This document shows, piece by piece, positions 44,958 to 58,200 of a DNA stretch of 64,000 bases. The stretch is taken from the NCBI GenBank assembly GCA_000002445.1, contig CP000066.1, positions 832,001-896,000 of the forward strand, read 5' to 3'. Origin of the DNA: Trypanosoma brucei. Lineage: Eukaryota. The notes under the pieces were generated by a model. That model was not told the origin of the DNA. It worked only from the letters and a program-made list of their open reading frames with translations, and searched no databases. The translations under genes were made by a program, and so were the position numbers. The stretch's first letter is position 1; each line of letters starts with the position of its first letter.

Positions 44958-45107
44958 CCATCCATAGTGCCTTGAAGACCCAACCCGAAAGCGTGCCAGT
45001 GCCGTTTCTTCTTCCCTCGTCAGTTCTTCTTTATGTTTTGTTGGAAAGTGGTTGCCCGTGATACCAAACCTATGAGTGTTCTCATGGACTTCTTCCTACC
45101 TAAGCAC

Positions 45108-47639
45108 TCACTTCGCATAAGCAATGATGTCGGGGATCCATGTGTCTCGCAACTGTGGTAAATCTGCAGCCTTTTTGGCCATTTCATCGCAAACCTCATT
45201 CCGTTTCACGCCACAATGGCCAAACACAAATTGCAGTCGGATACGTATCTTCCTTCTCTGAACTTGAAGCAGAAGCCTCCATAGTCGTCTCAGAATTGGG
45301 TCCGTTACGGCTAGGGGGCCTGTCTGCAGTGCTGTTAACATTGACAGCGAGTCAGAGAAGATGGACAACCTGCTCGGTGTGCTTCTGTATGCCGGAAGCC
45401 ATTTCAGCAGCCGTTGCAGTCCTATCTCTAATGCTACGCATTCCGCTCTGTAACTGCATGAGAGTTCCCCTGCTCCGGTTTTGGGTGCGCAAATCAGCGT
45501 GTTGTTTCTATAGAGCAGGGCAGCTGCCTCGGACTTCTCACCGAGGGACACGGATCCATCAGTCCACAATTCGTAGTGCTCTCGCCGCGGTGGCTCCTTC
45601 CCCCTCCGTGCAAAATGCCGTTCAATCCACTTTTCGGAAGCCTCCCTTTTGACATCGTCAGGGTCATCAGCGCACACAGGCTTTATCTGCGTGTGAAATA
45701 GCGATCGGCAGCTGTGGCGGAGCGTCGATGTCTCTAGTGGGTGCTCGCGTGGCTCAATGCGGAGGTGGGGGTAGGACCGCATGATGCGGGAATGTAGGGC
45801 TCTGACTGGGTGTTTGCTGTGGTATACTTCCTCAGCACTGCGGCGCAAACATCCGCCTCGTGACTCACACATCAGCATGAATTTCATGCCGCGCACAAGA
45901 GTGGTCGTCTTGAGTGGCAGGAGGTTTGCTTCCAGCAGAGAGTCCTCTTTGCGCGTCCCATGCGGTATGCCAGCTATGATGCGACTGGCTTTGTGTTGTG
46001 CTGCTGCAAGGAGGTCGCGACTTCGTTCCGAAGCGTCCCAGTACCATACCTCAATGCCATACATGGTGTGTGCCTGTACGAGTGCTAGATAAAAAGCTCT
46101 CAGTAGTTGTCGTCTTGGCCCCCATGTAGAAGCTGAGATGGCTGCTATCTGCAGTAGTCGGAAGTCCATCTTGCGTCTCGTTTCGGCCGCATGTGTTGCC
46201 ATCCCTTGCAGACACTGGAATGTTACTCCTAGAAGCTTCGGTGTCCTGTCAGCTCCTATTCTTTCGCCGTCCAGTTGTAATGTAAGGGGGTGGCGCTCTA
46301 TACACCCGAAGAGTGTGCACTTTGTTTTCGCTACGTTGACAGACATGAAGTACTCTTTTGACCACTGTAACACTACGTTGAGGCCGCATTGCAGTGTGTG
46401 GTTGATGACATCCCTCTCTCTGTATCTCGCAAGTAGCGTCAGGTCGTCTGCAAAGAATCCGTTCTGCAGTAACGGCAGTCCTGCAAGGCGCTGGCTCAAC
46501 GAGTTCATGACAATAATGAACATGATTGGGCCAAGGACAGTTCCTTGTGGCACTCCTCGTTCAAATGTTCTGCTGCTGGAAAGCTTCTCCTTGAATCTCA
46601 CTCTGCCAGTTCGGTTACTCAGAAATGATACGCACCACTTCACAATGTGGGGTGATACCTTCATTATGTGCATTTCCCTCGCAATTTTGTCGTGGTCTGC
46701 TGTATCGAATGCCTTCTCGTAGTCAACGAATACAGCACCCGTACGAGATTGGTGCGTGGGGCGGCAGAGGGCAGCGCGGACGTGCAGGAGTTGTTCGAGC
46801 GTTGAGCATCCGGGGCGAAAGCCTGATTGCTGCGGCGTCAGCTGGGACTCAACAGTGTCTCTAAGCCTCGCGGCAATTATGCGCTCCATGACTTTGCAGA
46901 GACAGCTCGTGAGCGTCACAGGCCTGTAAGAATCGAGGTCCTCCGCCTTTTTTCCGGCCTTCAGGATGGGGATGATAACACCAGTCTTCCATGCAGGCGG
47001 CACGACTCCCGTTCGTAGGCTCTCATTGAATAGCCTCAGAACAACATTCAGCGCTGTTCTGCCGAGATGTTGCAGTGCCTCGTTGTATAAGCAATCAGGT
47101 CCGGCAGCGGATCCACTCGGTAGCAGTTTGATCGATCTCCGTAGTTCAGCCATCGTGATGGGACTGAACTCACTCGCTGTCGTCTTTATGGGTGCCGGTG
47201 GGTGTGAGTCGGGGTGTCTTCTTGCGCGGGACGAGTACAGTTTAATGAACCTCTCAGCTTGACGGTAGTCCGTGATGGCCGCGTTATCAACCAGCGCCGC
47301 CGGTGTGGTTAGTGGTCGTGGCGCATATACCTTCTTGACAATGTGCCAACTGCAGCGGTCTGACACCGCAAGTCTGGAGCATAGCGTGCTCCATCTCTTC
47401 TTTGTGGTACGGTCCAGGATCTGCTTACGCGTGGCTACCAACTTTTCCCTTCGGTGGGAGGGTCCACATCCAGCGATCTCTTCATCGACTTTCGCGAGCT
47501 CAGGTGTCCAATGTGGTGGCGTTGCTCTGCAGCCACGGGGGACGGAGACCTTCGTCGCAATGCGGATGGCGGAGCTCAATTTAATGTTCCAGGGTGTTGA
47601 CGTTCTTCTCTCTACCAATTTTCCTGCAGAGCTCGTCAA
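45108..47639 (-). pseudogene. retroelement ORF fragment: reverse transcriptase plus RNase H
   Basis: RT blocks (PDCLYNEAL, FVDYEKAFDTADH, GVPQGTVLGP, FADDLTLL) are followed by an RNase H-like LWTDGS...ECVALEIGLQ. It ends in TGA (45108-45110), in the same frame as the downstream zinc-finger ORF. Confidence 0.8.
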
Positions 47640-47904
47640 CCTTGAGACGGAAATTCCTCCAGTTAGCTTTTAGCCATGCGTACATGGGCTTTCGAAGCCG
47701 CGGTCGGCTCAGTGCATCTGTGCCGTCTCCAACGATAACGTCGAAAAATATGTGATGGTGATCGCTATTGGGAGAATACAGCGATGCCCACGTGTACACT
47801 GTACAATTCCTTGACAGTTTCACATCAGGGGTGGACTCCCCGTGGTGGCGCGTGTACCTGGTGCACTCACCAGTGTTGCAGACCAGAAACTGGTTGTCAA
47901 TGCA

Positions 47905-48657
47905 TCACTGTGTGAGGGTTTCACCCTTGGTATTTGGTGGGCTCGCGCGATCCCATGCCAACGTGTGTGCGTTAGCGTCTGCACCGATGAGCTGGGAACC
48001 GTCAGTCGTCAGAACCGTATATAGGTCAGTTGCCGTGAAGGTGTGTTTTGGTGGGATGTATGCCGACGTGACGGTCAGCGCCGTTTCACGTGCAAGGTGA
48101 ATTGTTGCATGCACTTGTTCAATGCGACCAACAACGGCCATACCGGTCTCGACTGGTAGGTCCTCCCTCACTAGTGTTGATACACCACCTCCTTTGCAGT
48201 TACGAGCTATTCCGTGATGTTTGTAGCCAGCAACGCTAAAGCAAGCCGCCTCTCCAGGCGTCATCCTTGTCTCGCTCAACAGACAAAAGGCGATCCGCTC
48301 ATCAACAAGGGTTTTGTGGAGTGCTAATCTCTTTCCTTGAGATAGCCCGGCGCAGTTCCACTTCATCCCGCGCAACGACGGGCCGGGATTCTCTTCCACA
48401 TCACCGGACAGCAGCATCTTAGTGCGGATGATACTGCTGATGGCACGCTGGCACGTGCCCAGGGACCGACAAATGAAAAACGGTGTCCCAGCAAGACGCT
48501 GCTGATCACTGTGCTGTATGATGCCGTAGCCGGAGCACAGCATTGTTCCCCATGAAAGGAACGCTGCTAGCTCTTGGCTTCCCCCGATGATACGGGGCAC
48601 TGGACCCTGGCACCACGTTGAGGTGGCCGGCGTCGCCCCTGAGCAGACTCTTGACAA
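47905..48657 (-). pseudogene. retroelement ORF fragment: 2A-like peptide plus apurinic/apyrimidinic endonuclease domain
   Basis: SSIIRTKMLLSGDVEENPGP is followed by the exonuclease-III/APE fold (LLSETRM..., ...GGGVSTLVRED...). It lies in frame 0 and ends at a stop, and the next domain is in frame 2, so a frameshift separates them. Confidence 0.7.
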
Positions 48658-51600
48658 TCACAAACTCGCTGTTGCCGCTCATGGTATTGGAAGCAGGCCC
48701 ATCCCACCGTGGCAGACCAACACCCAAATAAGCTACGGGTGCTTCTCCTACAAATACGGGAGGGAAAGCGTATACCACATTGAAGTTTGTATTTAGTTAC
48801 TGATGTGGAATGGAATGGGATGTTTGATGGTATGGTGGAAAGGGTGACTGACATGCCGCAGTTGCCTGACCCGAAGCTCCAGGACATTGTAACCTACATG
48901 GGACCGATATTGCTGTCAGCGGAAAAGGGAGTGAAGAAGAGGTGGCAGTGGCTCGTTCCCACCCCGTTGCCTCTCGGCATTGCGAATGTATGCTGCGAAA
49001 TATCAACACGCGGACACCGCTGCAGTGCCTGAAATGAAAAGTACAAAGCTCGGCTTACAAAGCGTCGAACTCCGACAACCCATGCGACCACTGCGACAGC
49101 GAAAAACAGTATGACCCACACTGGTGATGAAATGAGGTGGCGTGAGCACAAAGCCCATGGCTAGTGCCAGTCGAGTGCTGTAACGCATATGGTAAACAAA
49201 CACGAATATGTCCGCGCGGATGCGCCGTGAATATCGAGGTGCGGCGACACACCGTGCCTTTCATGTATTTTCCGGGATCCTCTTCCAACTGAGAATTCAC
49301 AGCTAGGAGTGCAGTGTGCGCCGGAATGGGTTTAAGCAAGGAGACTGCTCGGGGAGACGCCGCAGAGCGCATCACGGTGTGTGTGTGTGTTTGGGGGAGG
49401 AGGAGGAGCTTGAGCTCAAGAGGTGGACGCACAAATGAACGACAGACACCAAGCAAATGCACATTAACACCAATGTTTCCAACATGTGTGTCACAGCGCC
49501 GCAATCAAACCTGACCTTGTACTTTATAGAAAGACACGCGTGGCTTCCACGCGACACCTGAAATCACAACCCAATGCAACGATTTCGATTGAAAGTTACC
49601 ATTATTATTGAGCTGCCAATGGGTGAAAGATTTTCATGGACAGTGTGTTGTGGAAGAGTGATCATACGGGTCTAAAGGACTTTGGAGATAATTTGCATAG
49701 TTTCTCCTCGCGGTGGAACGGTACCACCAGGCGCCGCACCCATTTTCCACTTGTATCTTCTCTTCTTGACACCATAGAAGGATCTGACAACACAAACAGC
49801 GCACGCAGCGATCATAAGCAAAGAGCTACCCCCACATACGGGAAAGAAGAGGAGAAAGAGGGATAAAGGGAATCGATAACATCAAAAAAAATTTATGTCA
49901 GAAAGTTTAGCGACTTCGCATCTTTAAAATGAGCACACTGTGGGGAAGTGTGCTGTTCCGTCTCCTGTATACTGCGCTATGACGACTCTGAAGGAGTAAA
50001 AGAAAACATCGGAATGGAGGGAGGCATACATTATACATAACGAAGAGACTCAACCACATTCATCAACAACAAAAGCAATTCCAATATACACTAGTCAACA
50101 ACCACCTCAGCGGTGAAGTTAACTCCAACGCGAGGACAGGAAAATATCCCCTAAAAAGAGTCCTGCACGACTTGGTTCGTGATGGATTGGGAAAGGCTCA
50201 CATTGTACCTTACTTTATGGTAGACAAGACCGTATGCCTTTCCCAAGCCTAACGGTGACGAACGAGAGGACATTGTCTGATACCATAACGAAAGCTAACG
50301 GGCAGAAGGTGTCACTTACGTATTTGGTAGCGCGTACCATTTAGTCACATTTGGCATCATAAGCAGCTATAGCGCATTACTCTTCTTCAGGCAACCGAAG
50401 TTATGGTATCATTGTGTCATCGTCACTGAGCAGGAAATGTTTTCACAGATGGTATAAGGAAAAGAGTATGTGCTTCTTCTACATAAATTTCTACGAGAAG
50501 ATAGAGTTTAAGGCTGCGCTTGCATCGATGTATTTCTCAACGTTTCAAAGGAAAGAAGCAGTTGTGAGATGTTGTGGAGCAAGTGAAAGAGATTGAGATA
50601 AATATGGATGATATTGGATGATCGGATTCATATGGTGGGGCCTTTACTGCCTTTGTTGAATGGAACTTCCTACAAGCAATGCTGTGATGTGGAGGAACCA
50701 CGATATGAACTTACTGATTTAGTTGTAACAATTGTATGACGGTTCATGAAAGCATCAGAGTATCTGGAAAACGAGTGATGGGAATGTAAGACATGAGACA
50801 CACAGCAAAAAATGCAATTCTAATCCAAGTGAGTGGTGAGGTGATGCACAGACATGTTCGTTGTGTTACATTGCTCTGGAGAAGAGACTGAAAGCTTCGG
50901 TGTATGGAGTCCATATCATTGGGAGGAATCAACCGTACAAGACATTTTATCACGTACTTCAGTGAGATGTTACACAAGGTATTAGAGAATGTTACTGTGA
51001 ATAGTAGCCTTAATGGCTGACTTCACCGCAAACGACGTGGGTGGAGCTTACGAAATAAAACGCCTTCAGCGTGGTAAGGAGCTATCTTGACACAAATATG
51101 TGTTATTACAAGGAAAGATATCGCCATATGCGTATTATTTTCCTTATGTTGATGTTTTGTGCGTGGCATACAATCAAAAATGTAACGAAGGTTGGATACC
51201 CTTACACAACCCATCAAAGACAATTTTCCATCTTGCTGATACGTTTTGTTTGTGTGTGGGGGGGGGGGGGAATTACAGTCAAATGTAATGTCGATCCACA
51301 ATTGTTTTGATTCATGCAGTAACAGAATATATCGACATTGTGTTTCACCTGACTCAGTCATTATGTCTATAAGGGGAATAAAGGAGGCACTTGATCCTAG
51401 GGGGACTTTTGAAAGACAATCTGGAATGGGGAAATCATCTTTATGCGTCATGTGTACTGCACAGGAAGTGTTTGAGATTAAGCGTAAACTTCATTCAAAT
51501 GAAGAGAACACGAATCCGAAATGTGTGGGTATTATGAAAGCACGATCACCCCCCACACCCACTGAAGATGGGCAAATCGATGAGAAACTGTGGGGTAATG

Positions 51601-52170
51601 TCAACCACGATAAATGGTGAAGTTGGATACCGAGGTCATCAGTCGTTCTATCAATACTCTACACGATATCAATGGCACTAAAAAAACAACTCATGGCTCC
51701 GAAAAGGAAAAAAAAACAGTAGCTGATGTTATTGATCTGTTTCCTTATACTGTAACTTCGCTGCTGAATGCTTCCCTGGACGTGCGCTTCTTCGTGCGTG
51801 TAAACACGAAGTTATATCAGCTTTCAGAATGAGGACATGCATTGGTTTTCACGATGAGCGTCTTACACGACATTACAATATGTTATGCCACATCTACTTG
51901 AGGTTCAGCATACCTTCACAACATTTTCCCGCTATTGTATTTTTTTTTTTCGATATCATTCTGATTAGGGAAATTGGTTTTAGAATTGGCAGGCAAAAAA
52001 TATTGGGCAAATGGGTGTCACTTGTATGAGACATATCCTGTTTTGATTTTATGATAAAATATTATTTATGTTATCCTTCATTTTATTAAATATAAGTATG
52101 CTTGGTAGAAGTGTGCAAATAGTGCTGCATACGTGTGGGATTCGTCCTAGTGTGGTAGTTATATTATTAC

Positions 52171-52280
52171 NNNNNNNNNNNNNNNNNNNNNNNNNNNNNN
52201 NNNNNNNNNNNNNNNNNNNNNNNNNNNNNNNNNNNNNNNNNNNNNNNNNNNNNNNNNNNNNNNNNNNNNNNNNNNNNNNN
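52171..52280. other. assembly gap (110 N)
   Basis: A run of n characters at the proximal edge of the satellite array. The array length is therefore a minimum. Confidence 0.99.
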
Positions 52281-55200
52281 TATCGCACAAAACCCTGTTA
52301 CAGTGTGATTGGGTAACGCCCTTCCACTGATCACATGCATTGGTGGCACATCATGGCCCATCTTTCATGGTTATCGCCCCTACGGCGCATAATGGCGTGT
52401 TATCGCACAAAACCCTGTTACAGTGTGATTGGGTAACGCCCTTCCACTGATCACATGCATTGGTGGCACATCATGGCCCATCTTTCATGGTTATCGCCCC
52501 TACGGCGCATAATGGTGTGTTATCGCACAAAACCCTGTTACAATGCGATTGGGTAACGCCCTTCCACTGATCACATGCATTGGTGGCACATCATGGCCCA
52601 TGTTTCATGGTTATCGCCCCTACGGCGCATAATGGTGTGTTATCGCACAAAACCCTGTTACAATGCGATTGGGTAACGCCCTTCCACTGATCACATGCAT
52701 TGGTGGCACATCATGGCCCATATTTCATGGTTATCGCCCCTACGGCGCATAATGGCGTGTTATCGCACAAAACCCTGTTACAGTGTGATTGGGTAACGCC
52801 CTTCCACTGATCACATGCATTGGTGGCACATCATGGCCCATCTTTCATGGTTATCGCCCCTACGGCGCATAATGGCGTGTTATCGCACAAAACCCTGTTA
52901 CAGTGTGATTGGGTAACGCCCTTCCACTGATCACATGCATTGGTGGCACATCATGGCCCATCTTTCATGGTTATCGCCCCTACGGCGCATAATGGCGTGT
53001 TATCGCACAAAACCCTGTTACAGTGTGATTGGGTAACGCCCTTCCACTGATTACATGCATTGGTGGCACATCATGGCCCATCTTTCATGGTTATCGCCCC
53101 TACGGCGCATAATGGCGTGTTATCGCACAAAACCCTGTTACAGTGTGATTGGGTAACGCCCTTCCACTGATTACATGCATTGGTGGCACATCATGGCCCA
53201 TGTTTCATGGTTATCGCCCCTACGGCGCATAATGGCGTGTTATCGCACAAAACCCTGTTACAGTGTGATTGGGTAACGCCCTTCCACTGATCACATGCAT
53301 TGGTGGCACATCATGGCCCATCTTTCATGGTTATCGCCCCTACGGCGCATAATGGCGTGTTATCGCACAAAACCCTGTTACAATGCGATTGGGTAACGCC
53401 CTTCCACTGATCACATGCATTGGTGGCACATCATGGCCCATCTTTCATGGTTATCGCCCCTACGGCGCATAATGGCGTGTTATCGCACAAAACCCTGTTA
53501 CAGTGTGATTGGGTAACGCCCTTCCACTGATTACATGCATTGGTGGCACATCATGGCCCATGTTTCATGGTTATCGCCCCTACGGCGCATAATGGCGTGT
53601 TATCGCACAAAACCCTGTTACAGTGTGATTGGGTAACGCCCTTCCACTGATCACATGCATTGGTGGCACATCATGGCCCATCTTTCATGGTTATCGCCCC
53701 TACGGCGCATAATGGTGAGTTATCGCACAAAACCCTGTTACAGTGTGATTGGGTAACGCCCTTCCACTGATCACATGCATTGGTGGCACATCATGGCCCA
53801 TCTTTCATGGTTATCGCCCCTACGGCGCATAATGGTGAGTTATCGCACAAAACCCTGTTACAGTGTGATTGGGTAACGCCCTTCCACTGATCACATGCAT
53901 TGGTGGCACATCATGGCCCATCTTTCATGGTTATCGCCCCTACGGCGCATAATGGCGTGTTATCGCACAAAACCCTGTTACAGTGTGATTGGGTAACGCC
54001 CTTCCACTGATTACATGCATTGGTGGCACATCATGGCCCATGTTTCATGGTTATCGCCCCTACGGCGCATAATGGCGTGTTATCGCACAAAACCCTGTTA
54101 CAGTGTGATTGGGTAACGCCCTTCCACTGATCACATGCATTGGTGGCACATCATGGCCCATCTTTCATGGTTATCGCCCCTACGGCGCATAATGGTGTGT
54201 TATCGCACAAAACCCTGTTACAATGCGATTGGGTAACGCCCTTCCACTGATCACATGCATTGGTGGCACATCATGGCCCATCTTTCATGGTTATCGCCCC
54301 TACGGCGCATAATGGCGTGTTATCGCACAAAACCCTGTTACAGTGTGATTGGGTAACGCCCTTCCACTGATCACATGCATTGGTGGCACATCATGGCCCA
54401 TCTTTCATGGTTATCGCCCCTACGGCGCATAATGGTGTGTTATCGCACAAAACCCTGTTACAATGCGATTGGGTAACGCCCTTCCACTGATCACATGCAT
54501 TGGTGGCACATCATGGCCCATCTTTCATGGTTATCGCCCCTACGGCGCATAATGGTGTGTTATCGCACAAAACCCTGTTACAGTGTGATTGGGTAACGCC
54601 CTTCCACTGATCACATGCATTGGTGGCACATCATGGCCCATCTTTCATGGTTATCGCCCCTACGGCGCATAATGGCGTGTTATCGCACAAAACCCTGTTA
54701 CAGTGTGATTGGGTAACGCCCTTCCACTGATCACATGCATTGGTGGCACATCATGGCCCATCTTTCATGGTTATCGCCCCTACGGCGCATAATGGTGTGT
54801 TATCGCACAAAACCCTGTTACAATGCGATTGGGTAACGCCCTTCCACTGATCACATGCATTGGTGGCACATCATGGCCCATGTTTCATGGTTATCGCCCC
54901 TACGGCGCATAATGGTGTGTTATCGCACAAAACCCTGTTACAATGCGATTGGGTAACGCCCTTCCACTGATCACATGCATTGGTGGCACATCATGGCCCA
55001 TATTTCATGGTTATCGCCCCTACGGCGCATAATGGCGTGTTATCGCACAAAACCCTGTTACAATGCGATTGGGTAACGCCCTTCCACTGATCACATGCAT
55101 TGGTGGCACATCATGGCCCATCTTTCATGGTTATCGCCCCTACGGCGCATAATGGCGTGTTATCGCACAAAACCCTGTTACAGTGTGATTGGGTAACGCC

Positions 55201-58200
55201 CTTCCACTGATCACATGCATTGGTGGCACATCATGGCCCATCTTTCATGGTTATCGCCCCTACGGCGCATAATGGTGTGTTATCGCACAAAACCCTGTTA
55301 CAGTGTGATTGGGTAACGCCCTTCCACTGATCACATGCATTGGTGGCACATCATGGCCCATCTTTCATGGTTATCGCCCCTACGGCGCATAATGGCGTGT
55401 TATCGCACAAAACCCTGTTACAGTGTGATTGGGTAACGCCCTTCCACTGATCACATGCATTGGTGGCACATCATGGCCCATCTTTCATGGTTATCGCCCC
55501 TACGGCGCATAATGGTGTGTTATCGCACAAAACCCTGTTACAATGCGATTGGGTAACGCCCTTCCACTGATCACATGCATTGGTGGCACATCATGGCCCA
55601 TGTTTCATGGTTATCGCCCCTACGGCGCATAATGGTGTGTTATCGCACAAAACCCTGTTACAATGCGATTGGGTAACGCCCTTCCACTGATCACATGCAT
55701 TGGTGGCACATCATGGCCCATATTTCATGGTTATCGCCCCTACGGCGCATAATGGCGTGTTATCGCACAAAACCCTGTTACAGTGTGATTGGGTAACGCC
55801 CTTCCACTGATCACATGCATTGGTGGCACATCATGGCCCATCTTTCATGGTTATCGCCCCTACGGCGCATAATGGTGAGTTATCGCACAAAACCCTGTTA
55901 CAGTGTGATTGGGTAACGCCCTTCCACTGATCACATGCATTGGTGGCACATCATGGCCCATCTTTCATGGTTATCGCCCCTACGGCGCATAATGGTGAGT
56001 TATCGCACAAAACCCTGTTACAGTGTGATTGGGTAACGCCCTTCCACTGATCACATGCATTGGTGGCACATCATGGCCCATCTTTCATGGTTATCGCCCC
56101 TACGGCGCATAATGGTGAGTTATCGCACAAAACCCTGTTACAGTGTGATTGGGTAACGCCCTTCCACTGATCACATGCATTGGTGGCACATCATGGCCCA
56201 TCTTTCATGGTTATCGCCCCTACGGCGCATAATGGTGAGTTATCGCACAAAACCCTGTTACAGTGTGATTGGGTAACGCCCTTCCACTGATTACATGCAT
56301 TGGTGGCACATCATGGCCCATCTTTCATGGTTATCGCCCCTACGGCGCATAATGGCGTGTTATCGCACAAAACCCTGTTACAGTGTGATTGGGTAACGCC
56401 CTTCCACTGATTACATGCATTGGTGGCACATCATGGCCCATGTTTCATGGTTATCGCCCCTACGGCGCATAATGGCGTGTTATCGCACAAAACCCTGTTA
56501 CAGTGTGATTGGGTAACGCCCTTCCACTGATCACATGCATTGGTGGCACATCATGGCCCATCTTTCATGGTTATCGCCCCTACGGCGCATAATGGTGAGT
56601 TATCGCACAAAACCCTGTTACAGTGTGATTGGGTAACGCCCTTCCACTGATCACATGCATTGGTGGCACATCATGGCCCATCTTTCATGGTTATCGCCCC
56701 TACGGCGCATAATGGTGTGTTATCGCACAAAACCCTGTTACAATGCGATTGGGTAACGCCCTTCCACTGATCACATGCATTGGTGGCACATCATGGCCCA
56801 TCTTTCATGGTTATCGCCCCTACGGCGCATAATGGCGTGTTATCGCACAAAACCCTGTTACAGTGTGATTGGGTAACGCCCTTCCACTGATCACATGCAT
56901 TGGTGGCACATCATGGCCCATCTTTCATGGTTATCGCCCCTACGGCGCATAATGGCGTGTTATCGCACAAAACCCTGTTACAGTGTGATTGGGTAACGCC
57001 CTTCCACTGATCACATGCATTGGTGGCACATCATGGCCCATCTTTCATGGTTATCGCCCCTACGGCGCATAATGGCGTGTTATCGCACAAAACCCTGTTA
57101 CAATGCGATTGGGTAACGCCCTTCCACTGATCACATGCATTGGTGGCACATCATGGCCCATCTTTCATGGTTATCGCCCCTACGGCGCATAATGGCGTGT
57201 TATCGCACAAAACCCTGTTACAGTGTGATTGGGTAACGCCCTTCCACTGATCACATGCATTGGTGGCACATCATGGCCCATCTTTCATGGTTATCGCCCC
57301 TACGGCGCATAATGGTGTGTTATCGCACAAAACCCTGTTACAATGCGATTGGGTAACGCCCTTCCACTGATCACATGCATTGGTGGCACATCATGGCCCA
57401 TATTTCATGGTTATCGCCCCTACGGCGCATAATGGCGTGTTATCGCACAAAACCCTGTTACAGTGTGATTGGGTAACGCCCTTCCACTGATCACATGCAT
57501 TGGTGGCACATCATGGCCCATCTTTCATGGTTATCGCCCCTACGGCGCATAATGGTGAGTTATCGCACAAAACCCTGTTACAGTGTGATTGGGTAACGCC
57601 CTTCCACTGATCACATGCATTGGTGGCACATCATGGCCCATCTTTCATGGTTATCGCCCCTACGGCGCATAATGGTGAGTTATCGCACAAAACCCTGTTA
57701 CAGTGTGATTGGGTAACGCCCTTCCACTGATTACATGCATTGGTGGCACATCATGGCCCATCTTTCATGGTTATCGCCCCTACGGCGCATAATGGCGTGT
57801 TATCGCACAAAACCCTGTTACAGTGTGATTGGGTAACGCCCTTCCACTGATTACATGCATTGGTGGCACATCATGGCCCATGTTTCATGGTTATCGCCCC
57901 TACGGCGCATAATGGCGTGTTATCGCACAAAACCCTGTTACAGTGTGATTGGGTAACGCCCTTCCACTGATCACATGCATTGGTGGCACATCATGGCCCA
58001 TCTTTCATGGTTATCGCCCCTACGGCGCATAATGGTGTGTTATCGCACAAAACCCTGTTACAATGCGATTGGGTAACGCCCTTCCACTGATCACATGCAT
58101 TGGTGGCACATCATGGCCCATCTTTCATGGTTATCGCCCCTACGGCGCATAATGGCGTGTTATCGCACAAAACCCTGTTACAGTGTGATTGGGTAACGCC

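Larger units (their letters stand above)
43388..48900 (-). mobile_element. ingi/L1Tc-clade non-LTR retrotransposon, degenerate copy (about 5.5 kb) ending in a short poly(A)
   Basis: On the minus strand, reading 5' to 3', come a 2A-like peptide plus AP-endonuclease ORF, an RT plus RNase H ORF, and a C2H2 zinc-finger ORF. They are followed by about 260 nt of 3' UTR and an A9 tract (plus-strand ttttttttt at 43390-43398). The order and the domains match trypanosome ingi/L1Tc. The 5' boundary is approximate. Confidence 0.75.

Noticed and set aside
43388-48900. Target-site duplication flanking the retroelement
   Set aside because: The sequence after the A9 tail (atggggtgtgta...) was looked for near the inferred 5' end (about 48.7-48.9 kb) and no convincing 12-bp match was seen by eye. 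The ends are therefore left approximate.
52049-52361. ORFs containing long runs of X
   Set aside because: They are translated through the N assembly gap and are meaningless.
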